20,000 bases of DNA. Source: Pachysolen tannophilus NRRL Y-2460 (Eukaryota). Below the pieces are notes generated by a model that saw only the letters and a program-made list of their open reading frames with translations, was not told the DNA's origin and did not search any database. Made by a program: the position numbers and the translations under genes. The stretch is from the NCBI GenBank assembly GCA_001661245.1, contig KV454014.1, forward strand, positions 877,606 to 897,605. Reading direction: 5' to 3'. Of this stretch, positions 10,201-18,362 are shown piece by piece; within the stretch, counting starts at the first letter, position 1, and every line of letters starts with the position of its first letter.

Positions 10201-11479
10201 CATGATCTAATAATCTTATTAATGATAATAAACAACATGAGGAAACACCATATGGACCTTCTGTTAAACATTGAAAAATGATTCTTAATGCATCAGCTTT
10301 AAAGGATAATTCTGGATTTAATAAAGATATTTCACATATTGTTTCTATTGAAATTAATCTTAATTTACCTTCTATATTTTCAGCTACTGCTATAATTGCC
10401 TTTATCAATCCAATTGTTAAAAAAATAATTCCATTTGGTATTTCTATTATTTTTCTTATAAATTTTAAAGCTTGTTCTGTTTCTGTTAAACATTTATTAT
10501 CCATTGATAAACTTATTATTATAAAAGTTTCTAATCTTATTCTAATCATCAAATCAATTGTATCTGCATCTCCTAATAAATATCTTGCTATTCTATAACC
10601 ACAAGCTCTAACTTCAACACAAGGATTTGATAATAGTATTTGAATAACATGACCAAATGCATGTAATACTAAGTCTTCTTTTAAATAAGTATGATGTTCC
10701 AATAAGATTACCAAATCATTTGATCTTTGTATTAAATAATCTGCTTCTCTATTTTTTTCACTTAAAGACAGTAATATATCTCCAACTAACCAAGTTGGAC
10801 TTTCTGTCACATGCTCGTCATTGCGTAAATCAAACATACTTGAATCATCATCATCATCATCATCATCATTTGAAGAAGAAGAAGTAGTAGAATCAGATAA
10901 TACAGACACTAGTGTTAAGCTTCTTTTCCTTGTTGAAGCCAAACTTGTATTTTTCGATTCTTGATTTTTCATTTTTTTAACTGTTTCTAATTTTTTTTCA
11001 ATCAGAGAAATATTTTTATCTGTTTCATGCAATCGAGATTCCATCTTACTCTTTTGTGAAAAATTATTAATATTATTATTGTTATTATAATGCAGTAAAC
11101 TACCCATATAACTAGTATCATTACTTTCTGCAGCTACTACATTATCAGCTTGAATTAATTTTTCTATAGCTTCTTTTATCCTTTTCTGTTTCAGTAATTC
11201 ATTTTGTAAACTATGCAAACTAGCAGTTGATTTCTGGAAAAATTGATATTTCGGTGAAAGTTCACTTGAATTAGATGAACTTTCTCTTCTCTTTGCTACC
11301 ACTATATTTTGTATTGCTGTATTATTAATACTATTAAGTCTTGTTAAATTACTATTACTCCCGCCATTACCATTATAACCGCCGTTACCTGTATTATTAT
11401 TATTATTATTATTATTATTTATAACGTTATTGTTGCTGCTCGGATTGCCATTACCACTATTACCAACGTTATCCGCCAT
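7256..11479 (-). CDS. TSC11: TORC2 subunit Tsc11/Avo3 (Rictor/Ste20 ortholog), 1407 aa
   Basis: Asn-rich N-terminus, HR1-like coiled coil, and Rictor motifs EVRACGYRIARY, EQALKFIR, WNWDLI, KRLMSFYRPFKFRFS, LLIDQLYDPD, HFFGELVKTEEG, LWSLGNIG and SLRGTCFYVLGFIS. Confidence 0.96.
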   Translation of the reverse strand: MADNVGNSGNGNPSSNNNVINNNNNNNNNTGNGGYNGNGGSNSNLTRLNSINNTAIQNIVVAKRRESSSNSSELSPKYQFFQKSTASLHSLQNELLKQKRIKEAIEKLIQADNVVAAESNDTSYMGSLLHYNNNNNINNFSQKSKMESRLHETDKNISLIEKKLETVKKMKNQESKNTSLASTRKRSLTLVSVLSDSTTSSSSNDDDDDDDDSSMFDLRNDEHVTESPTWLVGDILLSLSEKNREADYLIQRSNDLVILLEHHTYLKEDLVLHAFGHVIQILLSNPCVEVRACGYRIARYLLGDADTIDLMIRIRLETFIIISLSMDNKCLTETEQALKFIRKIIEIPNGIIFLTIGLIKAIIAVAENIEGKLRLISIETICEISLLNPELSFKADALRIIFQCLTEGPYGVSSCCLLSLIRLLDHAESRKFLFNQLNIYLLISPFTDYLMKTHSNIEKLQNNAFMLTVFLKTWPGFISFSQNHFNPLKELINCLIFDIPNLRDILMDIFFDILRIRTLPWIQSITIFGKRNINQSKSDLSTTNQVPHKPNIAPSEPEKELRIINHYTSLFLTCLLNCGIMEKLASIITDGTDDLNRRKAIFLLIEILNLSSNLLPRDFIDKIDSFDALLPLLVERNISNNLNIKIPSSVSFQIEKVTRRLNKGRVSLGMQVKPLAHFNDLPKDIKAMLKYEFDDTEFRKLLMDTKILQTKQYESWNWDLIIELCQGPLTDGKRLEDTVKTTKIVKRLMSFYRPFKFRFSKVSKKSRLSAKYIRVGCELFKMLLASEEGVKFLSENKLLPQIAECIAQVDPYSGITATDSLFSKQKLEATLNSGYFTMLGVLSKDLSGLKMLEQWRIFSMFYHISERKSGRDDIVKLIIKEMDFKYPSHLRIILSKILTTSDKNMRIFTTKHLEKLLNTNDDPSFEEFVITLLIDQLYDPDKTVCTTAAQILDTYCDHSKENILNVIKLKPCFENLQKIGQSLLIKFLSIPVGFKYLMDNNFVETEMENWINGKIFQYVIDVENLLFNELFDPDKYKFVIIPKIEKGEKGRMPDHFFGELVKTEEGVNLLVNSGLFVKFSKFIKDYISEKFESSINDSNEDPEYWNVLHLKGYLWSLGNIGASTYGIQLLESVNFVEDVMTIMNNSECFSLRGTCFYVLGFISNTEQGMEILDELNWSSTLSFTGNPIGYCLPNELEGFFDNDANNIKKLDDNINHNEVDDDGKDVEKDGQSDSFGNVNFEYGASNTYFNAINGSSKNDAVTDSIALEKFKSYTNLTSFMDNELSLLTKTNTRDLIIFKEIYENLINIMTHLMVTKSISNLNRLKYSGSRKNEKANFVNFFKSDKNKVFLFKIILKLFENFKYKLSTRRYLLNDFIDSNKLLEIIIRSDRKKLKLEQQQQDAENANH

Positions 11480-11880
11480 TATTGTAATTAGCTCAATTGT
11501 TCATATATAGCGGCATGCTTTAAAGTATAACCTCAATCTCGTTCTGATACTTTCCTTATATCAAAAACTATACAATAAAATAATAATAATAAGTAGATCC
11601 ATCAATCATACATATAAAAAGGAAAAAAAGACAAAAACAAAAAAAAACCCTTATTTGGTTTTAGTGATACAGTACACTACCTAGAAATATTCTTATTTTT
11701 AACGGTACACGACTATAAAGATAACAAACAAGAAGAAAAGAAGTTCAAATGACAAATGTCAAATGTTAAGAGCACATCGGTACAGTATAGGTTTATTAAA
11801 AAGAATAATATATATAATAAATAGAAACGCTATGTCTGTTGCCCTGCATTCAAACTAGAGTGCCTCCTACACACGCATCA

Positions 11881-11908
<28 letters not shown>
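11881..11908. repeat. (AT)14 microsatellite at the centre of a larger inverted repeat
   Basis: Directly visible. Confidence 0.95.
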
Positions 11909-11912
<4 letters not shown>

Positions 11913-12012
11913 GCTTGCTGTAGGACCGGTATAGGGCAAATAAAAGTTTTTTTAAAAAAAAAACTCAACACAAAAATTATACACATGTGTTAGTTGCCTT
12001 ATTTAATATAAT

Positions 12013-12020
12013 ATGACTCT
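12013..12020 (+). promoter_or_regulatory. Candidate Gcn4 site upstream of MET6
   Basis: ATGACTCT contains the TGACTC core, about 550 bp upstream of an amino-acid biosynthesis gene. Confidence 0.4.
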
Positions 12021-12449
12021 GTTGTAATTTTAATTATAATTTTTTAACATGTGGATTCAAGTTAAAAAACGCGTATTAAAAAAAATTAATTGAAAATGGA
12101 ATTGAAAGAAAAAAATAATAATTTTTTTTTGCCCTTTAATGCATTTATGAGTGCGCGTATTCGCAATACCAATACGCACTTTGCGTGCTTTGGGTGCTTT
12201 ACTTGTTTTAGCGTTCTTTTGTGTTGTTTGTGCTCTTTAACACTTGAAGTAAAAGGTATACGCAGTTTGTTTATGCGTACACTTATTGCGTACACCCATG
12301 CGTATTGACAAGCGCACTGACAAAAAAAAAAATTTTTCACTTCGACGAAAAAAAAAAAAAAAATTCATTCATCGTACAGATATGTAGTAAGGTGAATTGG
12401 CTAGTAGGATTCTTCCCACTCCCCCAACAGTTTGTACACACATATAATA

Positions 12450-12457
12450 TATAAATA
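12450..12457 (+). promoter_or_regulatory. Candidate MET6 TATA box
   Basis: TATAAATA about 110 bp upstream of an ATG in a strong A-rich context (aaacaaaATGG). Confidence 0.5.
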
Positions 12458-12565
12458 TATATATATATAATCAACTTAAATTATTTTTATATATATATAT
12501 ATTATCTTAAACAAATAATATTGTTATTATTGGAAAAAAAATAAAAAAGAAAACAATAAAACAAA

Positions 12566-14869
12566 ATGGTTCAATCATCTGTTTTAGGTTTCCCACGTAT
12601 TGGTGCTAATAGAGAATTAAAGAAAGTTACTGAAGCTTATTGGGCTGGTAAAGTTGACAAAGAAGAATTATTTAAAGTTGGTAAAGAATTGAGAGCAAAG
12701 AATTGGAAATTACAAAAAGATGCAGGTGTTGATATTATTGCTTCCAATGATTTCTCATACTATGATCAAGTTTTAGATTTATCCTTACTGTTTAACGTTA
12801 TTCCAGCAAGATATACCAAGTACCAATTAGAGCCAGTTGATGTTTTATTTGCTATGGGTAGAGGTTTACAAAGAAAGGCAACAGAAACTACTCCAGCAGT
12901 TGATGTTCCAGCTTGTGAGATGGTCAAATGGTTTGATTCTAATTACCATTACGTTAGACCAACTTTTTCTCATACTACAGAATTTAAATTAAATAGTTCA
13001 AAACTGGTTGATGAATATTTAGAAGCTAAAGATTTAGGTGTTGAAACAAGACCAGTTGTTGTTGGACCTGTCTCTTATTTATACTTGGGTAAGGCTGATA
13101 AAGACTCCTTGGATTTGGAACCAATTACTTTATTGGAAAAAATCTTACCTGTTTATGCTGAATTATTATCAAAATTAGCTTCTGCTGGTGCCACTTCTGT
13201 TCAAATTGATGAACCAGTCTTGGTTTTAGATTTACCAGAAAAAGTTCAAGCTGCTTATAAGACTGCTTACGAATTTTTATCTAAAAAAGAAGGTTTACCA
13301 AAATTGATCTTAACCACTTATTTCGGTGATGTTAGACCAAACTTGGATGCTATCAAAAATTTACCAGTTGCTGGTTTCCATTTTGATTTTGTAAGAGTTC
13401 CAGAACAATTGGATGATGCTATTGCCTCATTAAGTGATGATCAAACTTTATCCGTTGGTATCATCAATGGTAGAAACATTTGGAAAGCTGATTTCTCAAA
13501 AGCTATTACCTTGGTTGAAAAAGCTATTGAAAAATTAGGTAAAGATAGAGTTATTGTTGCTACTTCTTCTTCATTATTACATACTCCTGTTGATTTAGAA
13601 AATGAAACAAAATTAGATGCTGAAATTAAAGATTGGTTTTCATTTGCTACTCAAAAATTATCAGAAGTTGTAACAATTGCTAAAGCTGTTTCAGGTGAAG
13701 ATGTTAAAGCTCAATTAGAAGCTAATGAAGCCTCTGTTAAATCAAGATCAACTTCATCAATCACAAACGATGCTGCTGTTGAAAAAAGAGTTGGTGCTAT
13801 TGATGAAAAATTATCTACAAGAGCTGCTCCATTCCCAGAAAGATTAGCTGAACAAAAGAAGGAATTCAATTTACCATTATTCCCAACTACTACAATTGGT
13901 TCTTTCCCACAAACAAAGGATATTAGAATCAATAGAAACAAATTTGCTAAAGGTCAAATTTCTGCTGAAGAATATGAAACTTTTATCAACTCTGAAATTG
14001 AAAAAGTTGTTAGATTCCAAGAACAAATTGGTTTAGATGTTTTAGTCCATGGTGAACCAGAAAGAAATGATATGGTTCAATATTTCGGTGAACAATTAAA
14101 AGGTTATGCTTTCACCACTAACGGTTGGGTTCAATCTTATGGTTCAAGATATGTTAGACCTCCAATTATTGTTGGTGATGTCTCTAGACCAGCTCCAATG
14201 TCTGTTAAAGAATCAGTCTATGCTCAATCTTTAACTGAAAAACCAATGAAAGGTATGTTAACTGGTCCAGTCACTTGTTTGAGATGGTCTTTCCCAAGAG
14301 ATGATGTTTCACAAGAACTCCAAGCTTTACAATTAGGTTTGGCCTTAAGAGATGAAGTCCAAGATTTGGAAGCTGCTGGTATCAATGTTATTCAAGTTGA
14401 TGAACCTGCTATTAGAGAAGGTTTACCATTAAGAGCCGGTAAGGAAAGATCAGATTATTTGAAATGGGCTGCTCAATCATTCAGAGTTGCAACTTCAGGT
14501 GTCGCTAACAAGACCCAAATCCATTCTCATTTCTGTTATTCCGATTTGGATCCAAACCATATCAAGGCCTTGGATGCTGATGTTGTCTCTATTGAATTTT
14601 CAAAGAAAGATGATCCAAAGTATATCTCGGAATTCTCCGACTATCCAAACCATATTGGTTTAGGTTTATTCGATATCCATTCTCCACGTATTCCATCAAC
14701 CGAGGAATTCATTGCTAGAATCGGTGAAATCTTAAAAGTTTACCCAGCTGAAAACTTTTGGGTCAACCCAGATTGTGGTTTAAAAACTAGAGGTTGGGAA
14801 GAAACTAAGGCTCAATTGACCAATATGGTTGCTGCAGCTAAGCATTTCAGAGAAAAATACTCTAAATAA
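12566..14869 (+). CDS. MET6: Cobalamin-independent methionine synthase, 767 aa
   Basis: MVQSSVLGFPRIG, KWFDSNYHY, PTTTIGSFPQ, HGEPERNDMVQYFGE, WVQSYGSRYVRPP, zinc-ligand motifs HSHFCY and WVNPDCGLKTR. Strong high-expression codon bias. Confidence 0.99.
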   Translation: MVQSSVLGFPRIGANRELKKVTEAYWAGKVDKEELFKVGKELRAKNWKLQKDAGVDIIASNDFSYYDQVLDLSLLFNVIPARYTKYQLEPVDVLFAMGRGLQRKATETTPAVDVPACEMVKWFDSNYHYVRPTFSHTTEFKLNSSKLVDEYLEAKDLGVETRPVVVGPVSYLYLGKADKDSLDLEPITLLEKILPVYAELLSKLASAGATSVQIDEPVLVLDLPEKVQAAYKTAYEFLSKKEGLPKLILTTYFGDVRPNLDAIKNLPVAGFHFDFVRVPEQLDDAIASLSDDQTLSVGIINGRNIWKADFSKAITLVEKAIEKLGKDRVIVATSSSLLHTPVDLENETKLDAEIKDWFSFATQKLSEVVTIAKAVSGEDVKAQLEANEASVKSRSTSSITNDAAVEKRVGAIDEKLSTRAAPFPERLAEQKKEFNLPLFPTTTIGSFPQTKDIRINRNKFAKGQISAEEYETFINSEIEKVVRFQEQIGLDVLVHGEPERNDMVQYFGEQLKGYAFTTNGWVQSYGSRYVRPPIIVGDVSRPAPMSVKESVYAQSLTEKPMKGMLTGPVTCLRWSFPRDDVSQELQALQLGLALRDEVQDLEAAGINVIQVDEPAIREGLPLRAGKERSDYLKWAAQSFRVATSGVANKTQIHSHFCYSDLDPNHIKALDADVVSIEFSKKDDPKYISEFSDYPNHIGLGLFDIHSPRIPSTEEFIARIGEILKVYPAENFWVNPDCGLKTRGWEETKAQLTNMVAAAKHFREKYSK

Positions 14870-15318
14870 AGCATTTCAGGTTGACTGGATTCATACCAAT
14901 GCATTTATTCAACATTAATGTATTGCATATTGTTTTTAATGACTTTTTTTCAAGTTAATTTTTTTAATTTTTGTCTTTCTCTTATTTTTCTTTTCTTTTT
15001 TTTTTGTGTGCTAAAATTAAAATGTATTTATTAATTTTTTTGCTTTTCATCTTTTTTTTTTTTTTTTGTTTTTTACTAAGTAGGGAAGAATTTTTTTTGT
15101 TCTATATATATATATGGGATTTCAACATCGGTTTTTTAATAAGTTAATTAATATCATCATTATATTAGTCTTGATATTGTAGAATTTATTGATGGAAAAA
15201 GGTCGTTAAATGAGTTTAGAAAATTGGTCGTGCGCCCGCGAACTAAAACAGAAAATTAAGACTTCATCAAAGAATCAAATAATATAATATGTGGCCATCT
15301 CTTTTAAATGGTAATGAA

Positions 15319-15327
15319 GAAGGCAAA
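15319..15327 (+). promoter_or_regulatory. Candidate Rpn4 (PACE-variant) site upstream of SHP1
   Basis: GAAGGCAAA, a variant reported for Candida-type Rpn4, about 140 bp upstream of a Cdc48-cofactor gene. Confidence 0.4.
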
Positions 15328-15463
15328 TAGGTTCTTTTTTAATTTTTTTGAATTTTGAATTGATTGATCTGAATGACTGTATAAGTTTGTTTGGGAGATT
15401 TTGTTTAGTAAAAGTTTGAATAGGGCGGGATCATTGGTACAGATTTTTTGTATTTAGTATAAG

Positions 15464-16803
15464 ATGCAATCCGATGAAGGTATAAATGATTTTGATAATC
15501 TTATTAGTGAATTTGTCGCAGTAACGGGTTCATCAACTGGAGCTGCTCAAAAATTTTTAGAGGAAAATAATTTTAATTTGAGCGTAAGTTAATTTTATTT
15601 TATTGAATTGAAATGGATTGGTTTTATATCCAGCTTTTGGTTTTTTTCTTAAAAAAAATTTCAACTTTGTTCTTGATGTACTAACTAAAATATTTATATA
15701 TATATATGAAAATAATATTATAGGATGCTATTCAAGATTATTATGAACCTCATGAAGAGCAGGAAAAGAATATTGATCAAGTTCCAAGACCCAGTGCAAC
15801 TAGTTTCCAACCTCAAAATCAAAATCCTGGTACTTCTATGACGTCAGGATTTGGGTCAACATCAGCTTCTCAAAGATCTATACCGAAGACAAATAAATCA
15901 AAACCTAAACCTAAATTTGAAACATTCCAACAATTGGTCAATGGTAAAGATGATGATGATGATGATGAAGATACAAACTTCTTCACTGGAGGAGAAAAAT
16001 CGGCATTAGAAGTTGAAGATCCAAATGCAAATGATCCTTTACATGCAATTCAAGATTTGTTGAAAAAAGCTGAAAAGACAGGTCAAGAATTAAGGAATGA
16101 AGGATCTTCAACAGCACAACCAGTGAAAAAATTTAAAGGTACTGGTTATAAATTGGGTGATAGTGAAAATCCTTCAGTTGAAATACCAGATAATAGTTTT
16201 AGAAAACCAGAAAAGGCTACAAGAAACATCACTTTTTGGAAAGATGGTTTTACTGTTGGTGATGGAGAATTGTTTCGTTACGATAATCCTAAAAATAGTA
16301 GTTATATCCGTGAATTAAACAGCGGTAGAGCTCCATTACTGTTATTAAACGTTAAACCGGGTCAAGATGTTGATGTTAATATTACAAAGAAATTAGACGA
16401 AGAATATAAACCACAAAAGAAAAAAATACACCATTTTGAAGGAACAGGACATAGATTAGGCTCACCTGTTCCGGGTGATTTTTCCCTAAGTCAATCACAA
16501 GAATCTGAAACACAACAGGCGACCCCACTAGAACAAAAGGAAGAGCAACAGCCAAAAAAAGATGATGAAGGTGAAGGTGATGCAGTAATTCAATTTAGAC
16601 TTGCAGATGGTAAGAAAATTGTTCATCGTTTCAATTCTTCAGATCCAGTTCAAGTTGTATATGATTTCGTTGAAAATGAAACTGCGTCTTCTAGATCGTT
16701 TTTCTTATCATTCGCTTTCCCAGTAAAACCAATTGAAGATAAGGAAAAAAGTATCAAAGAATCAGGTTTAATCGGATCTGTTGTTGTTCAAAGATGGAAC
16801 TAA
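15464..16803 (+). CDS. SHP1: Cdc48/p97 adaptor Shp1/Ubx1 (p47; UBA-SEP-UBX), spliced join(15464..15583,15724..16803), 399 aa
   Basis: Exon 1 MQSDEGINDFDNLISEFVAVTGSSTGAAQKFLEENNFNLS joined to DAIQDYYE forms a UBA-like domain. Also present: FFTGGEKSAL, two SHP boxes (FKGTGYKLG, FEGTGHRLG), a SEP domain (ITFWKDGF...GRAPL) and a UBX domain (IQFRLADG...AFP...VVVQRW). Confidence 0.95.
15584..15723 (+). other. Intron of SHP1 (140 nt, phase 0)
   Basis: GTAAGT at 15584, canonical TACTAAC at 15679-15685, TAG at 15721-15723. Exon 2 is in frame with ORF 15838..16803. Confidence 0.93.
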
Positions 16804-16828
16804 GAATTTAATCATCTTTAATGGCTGC

Positions 16829-16844
16829 TTTTTTTTTTTTTTTT

Positions 16845-16881
<37 letters not shown>
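16829..16881 (+). repeat. Poly(T) tract of about 53 nt with one A, just after the SHP1 stop
   Basis: Directly visible. Confidence 0.95.
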
Positions 16882-16886
<5 letters not shown>

Positions 16887-17434
16887 ACTTCTTGCCTTTT
16901 CTATATATTGTCTGTTTGCTTCTAATAGTTATTATTGGTCCTGACAGTTTTCCTAAATGTTAATAAAAAATGATTTGTTTTTCTTTTCATTTTAATTGAA
17001 CGAACGTTGTTACACTAAAAACGTGTGGATGCGTTAGGGAGCATTAATTGATAATCTCATTAAATACAAATCGTGCCAACCTTTTTTGACTTTTGAATTT
17101 GGATCAATATTTATGCTTAATTGTACTTTTAATTCTAATTGCGATATTTTTTTTGCAATATAAATAATGTATGGTCTAAATTAAAAAAAACGGAAATACA
17201 GCAGAAGCATATGTATATTTGCAACAGAAAGTCGCCTTTCAAAAAATAGCGCAGAACTACTTCTTTACAGTTTCCTATCCTCATTGAAATCTGAACCCAA
17301 CGAATATACGCTAAAGTAATGCATCCAAGATTTCTATTGGATAGTAGACTTGGTTTTTTATAGTAAAAAAGCAGCAAATTCTTGGTTTTCGAAATCTAGA
17401 TTCTCATGCTAGAAACAAGTTATTTAATATTAGG

Positions 17435-17464
17435 ACCTAAATCTAATTTACCTAAATCTAATTT
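17435..17464. repeat. Perfect 15-bp tandem duplication (ACCTAAATCTAATTT)x2
   Basis: Directly visible. Confidence 0.9.
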
Positions 17465-18362
17465 AATTTACGAAAAAACTTATGTAGAAAGCTAAAAACT
17501 TCCGTTGTAAAGCTAACTTTTGTCTCATTTCTGCAGTTGCACTTATTGAAAACAACAATAGAAACCTTCAAAGTAATTAGGCAACAATTTAAGGTCAACA
17601 ATTGTAAACCACCTAGCCGTTTTCACATCAAAAAATTGAAATTTTTCTTCTTTCCATTCCAAACATTTGGAGAACTTAAGTTTATGGTACGTGGGATACA
17701 TACAACTTTGTGAAGTGGAAGTCAGAAGGAACTCAATATAATTCCTCTACCTTTTTTTTGTTTTTTTTTTTTTTTTTTTGCTTTTGCAGTTGTTATGTAG
17801 AGGACAGATTATTATAGCTATTTTAGCAAAGTATACATCCATAGGCAAATTGAAATTATAAGGTCCTTCTTTAATTAAATCTGCAAGATTAAGTCCGTTG
17901 AATAGATTAGGTGCATATCATGTATAACTAATTGACAATATTAATGCATAATAATTCTCTTCACCACTTTAACTACCGTATAAAGTTTAGATAACCGTCC
18001 TCGCACCTGCGTTTAAATGAGGTTTTTCAAATATTTAACAAGAAATGTTATCCTTGTCTGAAAAACATATAAAGTGTCCTTCAGAACCCCATGAACTGTT
18101 TTTCCAATAACTGGATAAAAATTTTTTTATTTTTTTTTTTTTTTGATATCTTTGATAACAAGTATTATTGGTGGTGGTGTTCCCATATTCTTTCCATCCA
18201 GAAGTTTATGCATCGGACTGTAGATCTTTTTTGAAACTACACTATTATCTTCAGATACCATCTTTTATTAAATAAGAGGTATTATTCCGTACTTGAAGAG
18301 AAAAGCTACAGAAATTTAAGTTTACAGATTAGGAGAAATCAGAAGGAAAAAACAAAAACAAA

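Noticed and set aside
6481..10887. Antisense ORFs within the Iec3-like gene and TSC11, including the poly-His ORF 10657..10887
   Set aside because: Shadows of the real genes; the His run is the reverse complement of the poly-Asp codons.
11839..12318. TPP riboswitch or hammerhead ribozyme in the structured region
   Set aside because: No CUGAGA/CUUGAU or CUGAUGA cores found on either strand.
12086..12340. Overlapping Cys-rich ORFs 12086..12340 (-) and 12090..12308 (+)
   Set aside because: Composition is explained by the TGCG/GT-rich repeats; no recognisable domain or codon bias.
13711..13941. Antisense ORF inside MET6
   Set aside because: Typical by-product of strong codon bias.
16781..17377. 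Poly-Phe ORF 16781..16963, ORF 17135..17377, and GAAAGTCGCC near 17227 as an RNase MRP/P CR-I motif
   Set aside because: The ORFs arise from homopolymers or lack coding features, and no matching CR-V partner is visible.
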